Source of the DNA: a virus
Direction: 5' to 3' (one strand)
DNA length: 64,000 nt
Virus record (IMG/VR): IMGVR_UViG_3300045999_007505
This document shows, one piece after another, positions 1-9,784 of the stretch. The notes under the pieces were generated by a model. That model was not told where the DNA came from, did not search any database, and saw only the letters and a list, made by a program, of their open reading frames with translations. Within the stretch, counting starts at the first letter, position 1. Each line of letters begins with the position of its first letter. The position numbers and the translations under genes are program-made.

Positions 1-834
1 CGGATTAACAGTTGCCGTGCCATCTGAATTTTCTTTTACAGTGTCTGGATCAGTTAATGCAGTCACATCTGCTAAAACATTGCTTGTGCCTCGCATTGTT
101 AAAGTTACTGTTGCAGAATAATCAGAATTATATGATAAATCAAACGATGTAATTAAACCTTCAAATGAAACTCGATTCATTTTGCTAATTTCTTGTAATT
201 TTGCAGCAATGTCAATTTTAGTTCCATATAATGATTTTAATTTTTCTTCGGTAGGTAAAACATCTTCTGATAATGTAAGACCTGTAATTACAGAATTAAG
301 TGGATATTCAATATCAACTTTTACTTTGCGACCTGGTCGCATATATATTTCTTCAATTAAATCAATATCTCTACTAACATTTGGTACTTCTATAACTACA
401 GTAGCAGTATTTAATAATCCCATACTATGATCACCAACTGAAATTTCTGCCGACGAAAGATATGGTGGCCATCGATTATTATTACTAACTGCAGTCGTAT
501 CTCGTAATACCGGTACAGCTACTTTACCAGTAATGCCTTCAACAATCCAAGCTAATTCAGTTTTACTAATATTAAATGGCGATAAATATCCATTTCCAAA
601 TCTGCCTGTTGGTAAAAACTGCGCAGATGTTACATTACGGCCGCCTAATTCATTTACTACATCTACTGCATATACGTCTTTGCTATTAAATTCATATGCA
701 TTTATTTGTACATTTGCAACTTTTGATAGCATATAATTTAAATCAGCTGTTGTTCGGCGGTGTCCGGCTAAGGCACGCGCGTTTAATTCTTGTTGCAAAT
801 TTAAATCTACCTGTGAATAAAATATTTCGCTCAT
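1..834 (-). CDS. Baseplate hub-like protein (gp27/P2 gpD-like), N-terminal part; runs off the window
   Basis: Not in the ORF track. Hand translation from ATG 834 (ATGA overlap with upstream stop) gives MSEIFYSQVDLNLQQELNAR...IEEIYMRPGRKVKVDIEY...FEGLITSFDLSYNSDYSATVTLTMRG, open to position 1. It follows the LysM-like gene, as hub genes do in contractile tails. Confidence 0.6.
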   Translation of the reverse strand, partial: MSEIFYSQVDLNLQQELNARALAGHRRTTADLNYMLSKVANVQINAYEFNSKDVYAVDVVNELGGRNVTSAQFLPTGRFGNGYLSPFNISKTELAWIVEGITGKVAVPVLRDTTAVSNNNRWPPYLSSAEISVGDHSMGLLNTATVVIEVPNVSRDIDLIEEIYMRPGRKVKVDIEYPLNSVITGLTLSEDVLPTEEKLKSLYGTKIDIAAKLQEISKMNRVSFEGLITSFDLSYNSDYSATVTLTMRGTSNVLADVTALTDPDTVKENSDGTATVNP

Positions 835-1133
835 CGTATATTATTTATTTGTATAGCTAGTTCTTGAATGTTATCTGCAGATGGAATTCGCAATTTAGTA
901 TTTTCTGGAACCATTAATGAACCTTTACCTAAACCATTTACTGCAGCAATAAGCCACCATAACTGTGGATCTGCATAAAAGTCATTAGCAATGTTATCTA
1001 ATCGATCTGAAGTAGTTGTTTGAATAAATGTATCATTGTTATTAGTTTCAGGAACTGCATAAATCCATGTTTGTGCTCTACGTATATTGCGCGCATCTCG
1101 TATTTGTTTGGTTGATTGATATCTACTACTCAT
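831..1133 (-). CDS. LysM/tail-X-like baseplate protein (gp53-like)
   Basis: DRLDNIANDFYADPQLWWLIAAVN...LRIP signature; position in the baseplate cluster. Confidence 0.8.
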   Translation of the reverse strand: MSSRYQSTKQIRDARNIRRAQTWIYAVPETNNNDTFIQTTTSDRLDNIANDFYADPQLWWLIAAVNGLGKGSLMVPENTKLRIPSADNIQELAIQINNIR

Positions 1134-3022
1134 TATAATTCCTGTTCTTGACCTGTTGAGCCTGGTGATGCGTTAGGTGTTCCTATAGGGCCTTTTTTTC
1201 GAAAATCATTTAACCAACCACCCTTAGATGTTGAAGAAGCTGCACCATTAACGCCGATATCATTTATTGGTGCAAATGTATAAAATGCGCCACCTTTCTG
1301 CGGCAAGTAATCAGTAATCATAGTTAATCCCATACTAACATCAATTTTATGTGTTACTTGTTTCATTTCTGGATCTTCTTCTATGTTAATTTCCCATGTT
1401 GTATCACTATCAACAAATGTATATGATAAACTTTCAATAACAGCCGGCTGCGAAATAAAATAATCTCCAATAGTTACTCGGATCCATGGACCTTTTAATG
1501 CAAATGAATCTGTAGTATATTCGGGGGCAGTATATCCAGCAAGTGCATTTAATTTTCGATAAATAAATTTTAATTCATCTCGGTCCGTTGCATATACTGT
1601 AAATCCAAGATCAACTGTACGAGAATAACCGCCGTAATGATAATTTGAATCTGCTCTACCTAATATATTTACCGGACTCCAACTCGGAGAAAATTGATCA
1701 CTTAAACTTGATAAAATTGCTCGAAATACAATTACATCATCTGGACTATTTTGAGAGCCAGCATGTAATGATGGTCCTGTAAAAAAGAATTTTACAAAAT
1801 CTTTAGTAGTTCCATACGGATTAACTCCTAAAATATCTGCAGTTTTAGCTGCAAAATTACCAAAATCTCCTTTAGTTTCTCCCGGTAGCCATCTATAAAT
1901 ATCTTTCCACGTACGTCGTCCAAAATCAATTACTGTTACCCGGTCTCCACGAAACGGTGTAATTTTTTCAATAACATTTTTTGTTTGTGTAAGTACGCGA
2001 CCAATTTTTTCTTTACCGGTACCCAATGTTCTTAATTTGGATTGTGCTCGTAATTCTTTAAAGTCCCAAGTAGATGCAACATTTGAACGCATAGTAAAAT
2101 CATTTCGCATTGCGGTGGGCGAATCATGTGACCCCCATCCATAAGTTGCATCTAAATTAAATACATTATATGGTCCTATGGTAGCTGCAAGTGCTGCATA
2201 TGCACCAGCAGTTGCAGTTTCAGATCGCGTTTGTGCGGAAAATCCATCGATGCGCCTGTCTAAAAGACCTGCCGCTGCCTGACCAACCGATTTTCCAGTT
2301 AATGAAAATTTTCTAGTTCGAAAGTCGGGATATGGTACTGCAATGCCTTGTCCTCCAATTCCTATTTTATTATTTAATAAATTAAATGGAGCAGTAGCAT
2401 ATGTAGCGTCAACAAGACCAGCTTGATTTAACAATGTGTTGCTAATTGGAGAAACTGCAGCAATGCCACTTACTCCAATTGCAGCATTTATGCCCGATCT
2501 AATTCCGGTTCCTACTCCGAATTGTTTGTTTGTATTTTGCACCCCGGCCATTGTAGTTGAATTAACATTTGCATTTATTTGCGGAGCTTGTTGTGTACTA
2601 TTCAACGGAATTAAATAGGCATCAGTACCTGCAGGAGTATATGCATATGCTTCATATTCAGGCGTTTGTTCGGGATCGGTAGAAAATTTTTGACCATAGG
2701 TGCTAAACTGTGATATAATATTGTCAGTATAGCCTGTTAATCTTCCTGCAGCATCATATGTTGGAGCTGATTTTCCTCTTCGCGTTGCATTGGTTGTTGG
2801 GTTTTTTCCAGCAAGCAATGCTTCGGTTTGAGTATCGATATTGAAACTTGAAAATCCATTTCCCCATACAAGTGAAGGAGTAAATTGTGTTGCATTGAAT
2901 GTCGGATTTTTTCCAGCAAGTAATGCTTCGGTTTGAGTATCAATATCGAAACTCGAAAATCCATTCCCCCATGCATATGAAGGAGTAAATTGTGATTCAT
3001 TACCAATGGTTGGATTAGGCAT
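1133..3022 (-). CDS. Tail tube initiator / baseplate protein (gp48/gp54/P2 gpU-like C-terminal domain)
   Basis: C-terminal FRAILSSLSDQFSPSW..VNILGRAD..YHYGGYSRTVDLGFTV...PWIRVTIGDY...IESLSYT; lies between tape measure and LysM genes. Confidence 0.6.
   Translation of the reverse strand: MPNPTIGNESQFTPSYAWGNGFSSFDIDTQTEALLAGKNPTFNATQFTPSLVWGNGFSSFNIDTQTEALLAGKNPTTNATRRGKSAPTYDAAGRLTGYTDNIISQFSTYGQKFSTDPEQTPEYEAYAYTPAGTDAYLIPLNSTQQAPQINANVNSTTMAGVQNTNKQFGVGTGIRSGINAAIGVSGIAAVSPISNTLLNQAGLVDATYATAPFNLLNNKIGIGGQGIAVPYPDFRTRKFSLTGKSVGQAAAGLLDRRIDGFSAQTRSETATAGAYAALAATIGPYNVFNLDATYGWGSHDSPTAMRNDFTMRSNVASTWDFKELRAQSKLRTLGTGKEKIGRVLTQTKNVIEKITPFRGDRVTVIDFGRRTWKDIYRWLPGETKGDFGNFAAKTADILGVNPYGTTKDFVKFFFTGPSLHAGSQNSPDDVIVFRAILSSLSDQFSPSWSPVNILGRADSNYHYGGYSRTVDLGFTVYATDRDELKFIYRKLNALAGYTAPEYTTDSFALKGPWIRVTIGDYFISQPAVIESLSYTFVDSDTTWEINIEEDPEMKQVTHKIDVSMGLTMITDYLPQKGGAFYTFAPINDIGVNGAASSTSKGGWLNDFRKKGPIGTPNASPGSTGQEQEL
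2784..2993 (-). repeat. 105-bp (35-aa) tandem duplication in the N-terminus of the tube-initiator-like gene
   Basis: QFTPSYAWGNGFSSFDIDTQTEALLAGKNPT / QFTPSLVWGNGFSSFNIDTQTEALLAGKNPT; gttgcatt anchors at 2784 and 2889. Confidence 0.9.
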
Positions 3023-5003
3023 ATCGTCCTTTGTTCATTGAATTGCTAGAAAATGTTCTATCGACATCAACTTTTATGTTAGCAGATTCTACTGCTTGTT
3101 TCATTTGAGCAGCCATATTAGATATTAAACGAGTCATGGTTGCTTCAAAACGCGAATCTCGTTTTTCCATTTGAGCTGCAAATCGATCGATGCCTCCAAC
3201 GTTGGTACCAGCTACAGTCATACCATCATTGACTCGAGTAAATTTATCTCGCGGATTAAATTGCACAAACCCATCGTTTATCATTACGCCATCCTGCGTG
3301 CCGCTGCCGGCTACTGATAAATTTCCGACTGAATTAATAGCCATATTTTCAATCGGAGTGCCGCTAAAGTCTTCTGCAAATCCTTTAATTGAATTAGCTG
3401 CTGCTGTAAACTTATTGCCAATAATTGGTATAGCTCCAGCTAACGTAGTTAATTCTGCAGTAACGCTAGTAACCGATTTATTAAGTATTGCAGCAGACCC
3501 AACTACGTTAACTACTTGCTCTTGAAAATTAAAAAATGTTTGTGCCCCTGATTTCAATCCTTCTTTTGTTGCGCCAATTGTAGTTTTATAATCACTTAAT
3601 GCAGTTTTAATACCAGCTATTGAATCAGTATACATTGATTTAAATGCACCTTTATCATACTCTCCTGTTGTTTCATCGTCGGCATTTTTTTTTGCAAATC
3701 TTGCAAGAATTCCTTTAGTTTCAATATTACGAAGTGATTCAGCCATTCGATCTTGAGTGGTGCGGGTATCATCCTGCTCCATTATTGCAGCAATGTTTTC
3801 AGAACCAACTTTCATTTCCTCTAATTTTTTCTTTAATTCATCGCCAGATGTATTGAAAAGCTCTTCAGCACCCATTGATTTTAACAATTTACGTTTTTGC
3901 ACCATTTTTGCCATGGTACTTTCTTCAACGCCTAATGTTGTAGCTAGTTGTTTACGTGCTAACATGTTGTTTTCTAAAACATCGCCTTGTGAATCCATGA
4001 TTTGTTTCATGATATCGGCTTGTTTATTCATGTCGCCTTGAATAGTAGCTTGTCTATATAAATTAGTTAAACTTTCACCTTGATTGTTGACTAGACGCTT
4101 GCCTGATAATAATTGATATTCTAATTCATTTCCTACACTTGATTCAATATTTAATAACTCATCGCCTGTTTTAGCCATTTGCTCCATGGATAAACCTAAT
4201 GCTTTAGATTTCATCACTGCTAATCCTAAAGTTTTTGGCATCTTGCTATATTGTAACGAAGTTTCAGAACCAGCAGCTGCAATTTCTGCATCAATTGTGC
4301 GTTGAACTCCTTTAAGTCCAGTTGCTTCTTCGATAGCTTTGGCTTCCTTTGCACGTAAAATCAATTGTTCTTCTAATTGTTCTGCAGTAACTTTAGCATC
4401 TTTGCCAACGTCTCTGGATGCAATTCCGGCGTTCATATCCATGATTGCTTCTGCGGCTTCTTCTGATACCCCAACAATATCTGTTAAATATCGCTGTTGT
4501 TTAATCAGTGACTGATTAAATTGATTATTGCCTGCATTGGATACAATAAATCCGTTAGTTAAATTTCCTAGTTGTTTAATATATTTTTCTGTTTCTTCAC
4601 GACCAAAATTCAAATCAATTGATAATTTATCAATTGCAAATCCCATATCTTGAGCAGCATCTTCAGTAATTCCATAAGATTTAATTAATTCATTATTTCT
4701 TGCAAAAACTTTAGTAATTTGTTCTACGTTATCTAAAAATCCTTTATTTAAACCTTGTAACGTTCCAGTTAATTTATTAATACCGGTTGCTAAATTAGCA
4801 GAATCCGTTTGCATTGATAACATTGCTTGGGATTGCTGTTTAAATATATCAGTTATACTACCAACGTTGGAGCTTAAATTTGAATATGCGGCATCTAATT
4901 GAGTTGTAAGATCAGATGCAGCTTCGCTTATTTTTTTCCCGGGCATACCTAAACGAGGTTGTTGTTTAAGACGTTTAATTGTATGTAAGTGTGAGTTATG
5001 CAT
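3015..5003 (-). CDS. Tape measure protein
   Basis: 662 aa, alpha-helical and Ala/Gln/Glu-rich; downstream of tube and chaperone genes. Confidence 0.7.
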   Translation of the reverse strand: MHNSHLHTIKRLKQQPRLGMPGKKISEAASDLTTQLDAAYSNLSSNVGSITDIFKQQSQAMLSMQTDSANLATGINKLTGTLQGLNKGFLDNVEQITKVFARNNELIKSYGITEDAAQDMGFAIDKLSIDLNFGREETEKYIKQLGNLTNGFIVSNAGNNQFNQSLIKQQRYLTDIVGVSEEAAEAIMDMNAGIASRDVGKDAKVTAEQLEEQLILRAKEAKAIEEATGLKGVQRTIDAEIAAAGSETSLQYSKMPKTLGLAVMKSKALGLSMEQMAKTGDELLNIESSVGNELEYQLLSGKRLVNNQGESLTNLYRQATIQGDMNKQADIMKQIMDSQGDVLENNMLARKQLATTLGVEESTMAKMVQKRKLLKSMGAEELFNTSGDELKKKLEEMKVGSENIAAIMEQDDTRTTQDRMAESLRNIETKGILARFAKKNADDETTGEYDKGAFKSMYTDSIAGIKTALSDYKTTIGATKEGLKSGAQTFFNFQEQVVNVVGSAAILNKSVTSVTAELTTLAGAIPIIGNKFTAAANSIKGFAEDFSGTPIENMAINSVGNLSVAGSGTQDGVMINDGFVQFNPRDKFTRVNDGMTVAGTNVGGIDRFAAQMEKRDSRFEATMTRLISNMAAQMKQAVESANIKVDVDRTFSSNSMNKGRYA

Positions 5004-5023
5004 ATATCAATAAATATCGTTAA

Positions 5024-5236
5024 TTACTTTTTTGAAGTCACGGGTCCGCGAGATACGTTACTTGTTGGTTTTGGGTCTGGTTGCAATTTTTCATTGACTT
5101 TGTTAATCCAAAATTTTCTTAAGAATACCGGCATCGTATAAACAGTATTCCAATCCCAACGTCCTTCGCCCGCCCAAATCAAATCAAACATTATGTTATG
5201 CAATGCTTTTCGATCTGATGCATTAAAACCAAAAAA
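5024..5236 (-). CDS. Tail assembly chaperone C-terminal extension (gp51/gpT-like), probably reached by frameshift from the upstream gene
   Basis: WDWNTVYTMPVFLRKFWINKV resembles the small MPxxxR chaperone partners; overlaps the end of the upstream ORF at a U7 run; no convincing start or RBS of its own. Confidence 0.55.
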   Translation of the reverse strand, partial: FFGFNASDRKALHNIMFDLIWAGEGRWDWNTVYTMPVFLRKFWINKVNEKLQPDPKPTSNVSRGPVTSKK

Positions 5237-5987
5237 AGTTTGATCCAATTTGAAATTTAGATTTGAAGGTGCCTCCCTGTTCACCTTCGAATTCCAATTC
5301 TAAATTTACTCCCGGTGTATTTGCTTGAACAAATTCTCGAAAACGTTTTGCATCTCGTGCTAAAAATTCATAGCGAATAAAATTTTCAATGTCTGTTGTT
5401 GATCTTGATGCATTGATTTGTTTGATTAAACCTTGCAATGCACCAGAAATAGTTCGTTCGTCGGTAATTTTTTTTGATTCTCGATTAGTTAAAAATGAAA
5501 ATTTAAGCGTAAACTTGTCATTTACTTGATAATCAAATTCTCCGTTTTGATCGGCTTGTAATTCAAATGGCAAAAAGGTCAATTTGGTTAAATCAGCAGT
5601 TCGCTCATATGTTTTTCCAGTTTCTGGATCTGTTACTTGTACAGGATATTCTGGACCATATGATAAAATACGAGCTTGAATAATTAATGCATCTTTATCT
5701 GCTTGTGCAATTGTGTCTGCATCAATTCCCGGCGTAATAATCAAACTTTCAATCAGTTTATCTAAAACAATGCCTTCTCGTATATATGATAAATTAGTTA
5801 AAACATCTTCATCATATGCTGTCATGTATCGCATTTCGAGTTGTCCGCTTCGCAATGGATGTGATTCGGGATAAATTTTACCTGCTGACGGCAATGAAAT
5901 TATTTCTGTTGGAATTGTATTGCGCTTGGTTTGTTCGTATTGTTGCTTAGCAAGTGCAATGATGTCTTGATTTGTTACTGATTTCAT
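5223..5987 (-). CDS. Baseplate hub / tail assembly chaperone (T4 gp26-like)
   Basis: LPSAGKIYP...MRYMTAYDEDVL...DKDALIIQARILSYG motif; ends FFWF; lies between tube and tape measure. Confidence 0.75.
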   Translation of the reverse strand: MKSVTNQDIIALAKQQYEQTKRNTIPTEIISLPSAGKIYPESHPLRSGQLEMRYMTAYDEDVLTNLSYIREGIVLDKLIESLIITPGIDADTIAQADKDALIIQARILSYGPEYPVQVTDPETGKTYERTADLTKLTFLPFELQADQNGEFDYQVNDKFTLKFSFLTNRESKKITDERTISGALQGLIKQINASRSTTDIENFIRYEFLARDAKRFREFVQANTPGVNLELEFEGEQGGTFKSKFQIGSNFFWF

Positions 5988-6009
5988 TAATATCCTTTAT
6001 AACTTTATT

Positions 6010-6017
6010 ATAAATAT
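6010..6017 (-). promoter_or_regulatory. Putative late promoter ATATTTAT (representative of about 20 copies)
   Basis: Other copies on the minus strand at 5010, 6620, 9200, 15791, 16841, 20185, 21163, 24201, 27705, 29581, 33431, 35507, 38227, 45247, 47152, 53713, 56604, 58908, 61092; on the plus strand at 62192, 62216, 63231, 63255, before the plus-strand genes. Confidence 0.75.
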
Positions 6018-6025
6018 GTATGAAC

Positions 6026-6053
6026 AAGAAAAATGGGGCATAATAGCCCCATT
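6026..6053 (-). terminator. Intrinsic terminator after the tail tube gene
   Basis: AATGGGGC-TATTAT-GCCCCATT-TTTCTT on the minus strand. Confidence 0.8.
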
Positions 6054-6064
6054 AATCATTAATA

Positions 6065-6595
6065 TTAGAAACTTAAGAATGCCCAATCATATCGAAGAGT
6101 TAATTCAATAGTAACTACATCTTCGGTTGACCAATCCAATGAACCAAAATTTGCATCAACAATATAAGTCCCGTTTAAGATCCATTCTTCAATTACTTCA
6201 CCCAATGGAGAAAGTTGTTTTAATCTTACTTCTTTTTTGTAAAATGAAGAATATCCGTCTCGGCCGGTTGCTGATTCGTGATGTAAACGAATCCATTCCA
6301 TTACTGCTTGTGCGCCTGATGGAACAATTGCATCATAAAGTGATACTGAAATTGTATTCCAAACAGATTTACCTTTAACATAACGTTGTACGTTAATATG
6401 ATCTAAAGTAATTTCTCCGTTAGCAATACTAGGTTTTGCTGAAGCTTTTATTAAATATGCAGGAACATCGCCAATTGACATAATAAATTGATGTTGCTTT
6501 TTTGGTTCCCATGAAAATGCATTGCTATAAAATCCTGCCGGGTTTTCTCCAGCATAATCCGTTAGATTGCCATTTACTTGATCTTGTAGTGCCAT
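6065..6595 (-). CDS. gp19: Tail tube protein (gp19-like)
   Basis: EPKKQHQF...YVKGKSVWNTISVSLYD...EWI...YKKEVRLKQLSPLGEVIEEWIL...LRYDWA; downstream of the sheath gene. Confidence 0.9.
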   Translation of the reverse strand: MALQDQVNGNLTDYAGENPAGFYSNAFSWEPKKQHQFIMSIGDVPAYLIKASAKPSIANGEITLDHINVQRYVKGKSVWNTISVSLYDAIVPSGAQAVMEWIRLHHESATGRDGYSSFYKKEVRLKQLSPLGEVIEEWILNGTYIVDANFGSLDWSTEDVVTIELTLRYDWAFLSF

Positions 6596-6636
6596 GTTTG
6601 TATCCTATTGTATTTTCATATAAATATAGTTACAGT

Positions 6637-6666
6637 AAAAAAGGTAGAACTTTCATCCTACCTTTT
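6637..6666 (-). terminator. Intrinsic terminator after the sheath gene
   Basis: AAAAGGTAGGAT-GAAA-GTTCTACCTTTT-TT followed by ACTG; GNRA loop. Confidence 0.8.
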
Positions 6667-6679
6667 AAATTATTTTTTA

Positions 6680-9178
6680 CTACTGCGTAAATGTCGCACC
6701 CGTTGATTGAATATTGAAATCTAAAACAATAAATTCTGCAGTTCTGGTTGGTTGCAAAAATAATTGTCCGTATAAAATATTTCTATCAATTAAATCTGGT
6801 GTATTATTTGAAGCATCCATTACCACACGGAAAACTGACAATCCTTGTTGTGCTCTTACTTGTTCTAAATAAGGATTAACAATTGCCAAGAATCTGTCTC
6901 GTGTCTGCGATGTATTTTGTTCAAATACCAAATAACGAGTTGACGATGCAATAAATTTCTTGATTGTAATCAATAATCGACGTACATTTACTCGGTCTAA
7001 TGCACTTGGAAGAGATTGTAGTGTCTTTTGACCCCAAATTACTATACCTTCGTTAGGGAAGTTCGCAATAGGATTAACGCGAGCTTCATACAATGTATCT
7101 CGATCTGCTTGTGCTAAAGATTGATATGTATCAATTACAGAATTCAAACTACCACGATTCAAACCAGCTGGTGCATACCATGGAGCTGCAACTGCATCAT
7201 TGAATGCCAATGCGCCTGGAACAACAACTGAAGGTGGTACCCAAATTGGAACATTCTTGCTAGGATTAACAATTCGCACCCATGGCCAATATGTTGCAGT
7301 ATAATTATCATCAATATTTTGTACTTGCGATGTTACGGTTGATATTGAATCAGTTAATGCATTTGAATCCATTACATAGAATGTATCTTGACGAGTTGTA
7401 GCCAAATCTCTAGCTGCAGTTGTTACCGCAGAATGCAAACTATCAATAACACCTGGAGTAAGCAACATATTAACATCATAATAATCTGTATTGCTTAACA
7501 ATGTAAATGCTTTATTATATGCTTTCGTACCCGTACTTGTTGATGTCGAACAATCAAATCCAAATGTATTTGTAGAAGCAATATTGATTCCAGAATATTT
7601 AGGTAAATTTGGACGAGCTCCATCAAATCCACCTTGGAATGGCATAATGAATTTTCTAGTAGTTAAAGCAACATTAGTTGTAAATGTAGACCCCGTCAAT
7701 GCTGCCTGTAATGAACCACTATATGCAGCAGTTAATGAAGGAAATCCTGCTTGTCCGTCTTGACTTACATCACCTAAATAAAAATCTGAATTGCTACCAG
7801 TATTTGAACCTGATGTTGGAATTGGAGCTAAATAATTAATATTGTTTTGTGCGGTAAAATCAAATCCTAAATAATTTCTTGAACTATATTCAGATGCAAC
7901 AACTTGCGATGTTTTATATGTTGCTGCAGATAAATTCAATGTACCAGATACCATCGGTATTGGTGAATTAACAGCACGGAATCCAAACGGTATCAATGTT
8001 TTATCGATAGTCGAATTTGAAACTGCCTGATCTACTTCAACTCGAATATATTGTGAATTGTTTGGATAATCGCCATTTACAAAAAGTTGTCCATTATCAT
8101 TTACTGTTTGATAACGATCTCCAATTATTCTTGCAATATATCTAGATGAATTTGGATTCAAATTGACATTAGTAAATGTTTCTACAACATCAGGAACTTT
8201 GTCTGTATCTTGAGATGAATATGGAGAATTTGGAATACCTGGTGTAGGTGATAATGAATTTACTCTACGAATTTCTACCGTAAAGGCTCCGTATCCTGCA
8301 GGATCGCCTGTTTCAGTTGATAATCTAACATCTCGGATACCAATCTTTGTTTCATAGTTTACCGATGTGCCATGTGACAATGTATGAAACTTAAATAAAT
8401 TTTTAGTAAGCGAACCAATTTTTTGTGATGTTACCCACGGTGTTGATGCTACATTGTAATCTTGTAAAAATTCATAATTTGAAATTTTTTCTAATGACAT
8501 CGTAACATTAGCTAAGTTTGCAAACAATGACGATGCAGCAAGATTTTCATATTGCACATATACTGGATAATCTGTTGATTTAGGAGATGTTCCAAATACT
8601 TTTGAAATATAATTGTTTGCTGTAGATACAATTGATGCTGATATTGGGGTTGTTTCACTTACTAAGAATGAACCACCAAATCCAATTGCATTTGCGTCAT
8701 TTCCAGTTGCTACTGCATATGAACCAGAAACTGTAATTGCAAATGACCCTGAAGTACTAGATGCTATTACTGAATCTTCAAATACATTAGTTGCACCCGT
8801 TGTAGTTACTGCTTGAACTGGATGTAATATGTGTGTTACAACTTTTGTTGAACCTGATTGTGCAACAACTGCCAATCCACCATTGGTTAATTTATACCCA
8901 TCTTCATACAATAAACGTGTTACGGTAATTACGTTACCATTACGTAAATAATCTTGAACTACATATGGAACGTATGAATCATCTGTAAATGATCCAAATT
9001 GTGCCGTAAACTGTCCAAATGATGTAATTTGTGTAGGAACTAAAGCAGGCCCTTTGGTTGTTGGTCCTACAATTGCTGCTCCTATTTGCGCAATAGCTCC
9101 GGGTAAAAACGATTGATCAATTTCATTCGTAAATACACCAGGAGAAACTATTCCAGCGCCTATTTGTCTTTCTGCCAT
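6680..9178 (-). CDS. gp18: Tail sheath protein (gp18-like)
   Basis: SPGVFTNEIDQS at the N-terminus; C-terminal PWYAPAGLNRG...VNPI...WGQKTLQ...LDRVNVRRLL...FEQN...LQPTRTAEFIVLDF. Confidence 0.95.
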   Translation of the reverse strand: MAERQIGAGIVSPGVFTNEIDQSFLPGAIAQIGAAIVGPTTKGPALVPTQITSFGQFTAQFGSFTDDSYVPYVVQDYLRNGNVITVTRLLYEDGYKLTNGGLAVVAQSGSTKVVTHILHPVQAVTTTGATNVFEDSVIASSTSGSFAITVSGSYAVATGNDANAIGFGGSFLVSETTPISASIVSTANNYISKVFGTSPKSTDYPVYVQYENLAASSLFANLANVTMSLEKISNYEFLQDYNVASTPWVTSQKIGSLTKNLFKFHTLSHGTSVNYETKIGIRDVRLSTETGDPAGYGAFTVEIRRVNSLSPTPGIPNSPYSSQDTDKVPDVVETFTNVNLNPNSSRYIARIIGDRYQTVNDNGQLFVNGDYPNNSQYIRVEVDQAVSNSTIDKTLIPFGFRAVNSPIPMVSGTLNLSAATYKTSQVVASEYSSRNYLGFDFTAQNNINYLAPIPTSGSNTGSNSDFYLGDVSQDGQAGFPSLTAAYSGSLQAALTGSTFTTNVALTTRKFIMPFQGGFDGARPNLPKYSGINIASTNTFGFDCSTSTSTGTKAYNKAFTLLSNTDYYDVNMLLTPGVIDSLHSAVTTAARDLATTRQDTFYVMDSNALTDSISTVTSQVQNIDDNYTATYWPWVRIVNPSKNVPIWVPPSVVVPGALAFNDAVAAPWYAPAGLNRGSLNSVIDTYQSLAQADRDTLYEARVNPIANFPNEGIVIWGQKTLQSLPSALDRVNVRRLLITIKKFIASSTRYLVFEQNTSQTRDRFLAIVNPYLEQVRAQQGLSVFRVVMDASNNTPDLIDRNILYGQLFLQPTRTAEFIVLDFNIQSTGATFTQ

Positions 9179-9226
9179 TTATACTCCTATGATTTTTTTA
9201 TAAATATGAATCCACGAACTCAAACC

Positions 9227-9496
9227 TTATGCGGTTGGAGTAAATGTTCCAGATTGAATATTGATTTCGCCTTCGCCATAACGTTCGCGCATTTTGTCTA
9301 ATAATTCTGATTCTTGTTTACGCAAATCATAAAATGCATTCATGCAACGAGCTTGTTCGTTTTGTAACATTTCTAATCGTTGTTGAGTTATGGTAATTTC
9401 AATTGCTAAGTTTCCTAATTCTAAAGCATTGCTATTATAGGAATTTCGCAATTCCATGATTTCATCTAAATGCTCTTTATCTAATTTTCGAGTCAT
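9227..9496 (-). CDS. Small coiled-coil hypothetical protein
   Basis: 89-aa ORF ending ERYGEGEINIQSGTF; has its own TTGGAT-N17-TATAAT promoter. Confidence 0.7.
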   Translation of the reverse strand: MTRKLDKEHLDEIMELRNSYNSNALELGNLAIEITITQQRLEMLQNEQARCMNAFYDLRKQESELLDKMRERYGEGEINIQSGTFTPTA

Positions 9497-9513
9497 AATA
9501 ACCTTTTCTTGAT

Positions 9514-9542
9514 ATTATAATGAAAATGTTTCAATTATCCAA
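9514..9542 (-). promoter_or_regulatory. Sigma70-like promoter TTGGAT-N17-TATAAT
   Basis: Exact 17-nt spacer; the same architecture recurs at four other sites. Confidence 0.7.
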
Positions 9543-9777
9543 GCATTTCAGTTTTAGACATATCAATCGTAATGGCACCTACTGACAGGATATCTCCTTC
9601 TATTGTAAAATCTTCCCGCGTTGTTATGGAGGTACCTCCAGGTACATTGGATAAGTCTACGTTCAATCCGTGACATGCATCATCGACATACACGTTAATG
9701 ATTAAATCAAATCCATCAACCGTGTCAATGGCAGTTATTCGTTTACCGAATATAAATTGTTTTAGTGTTAATTTCAT
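9535..9777 (-). CDS. Hypothetical protein (possible fibre chaperone)
   Basis: 80-aa ORF directly after the propeller gene. Confidence 0.55.
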   Translation of the reverse strand: MKLTLKQFIFGKRITAIDTVDGFDLIINVYVDDACHGLNVDLSNVPGGTSITTREDFTIEGDILSVGAITIDMSKTEMLG

Positions 9778-9784
9778 ATGTTTC

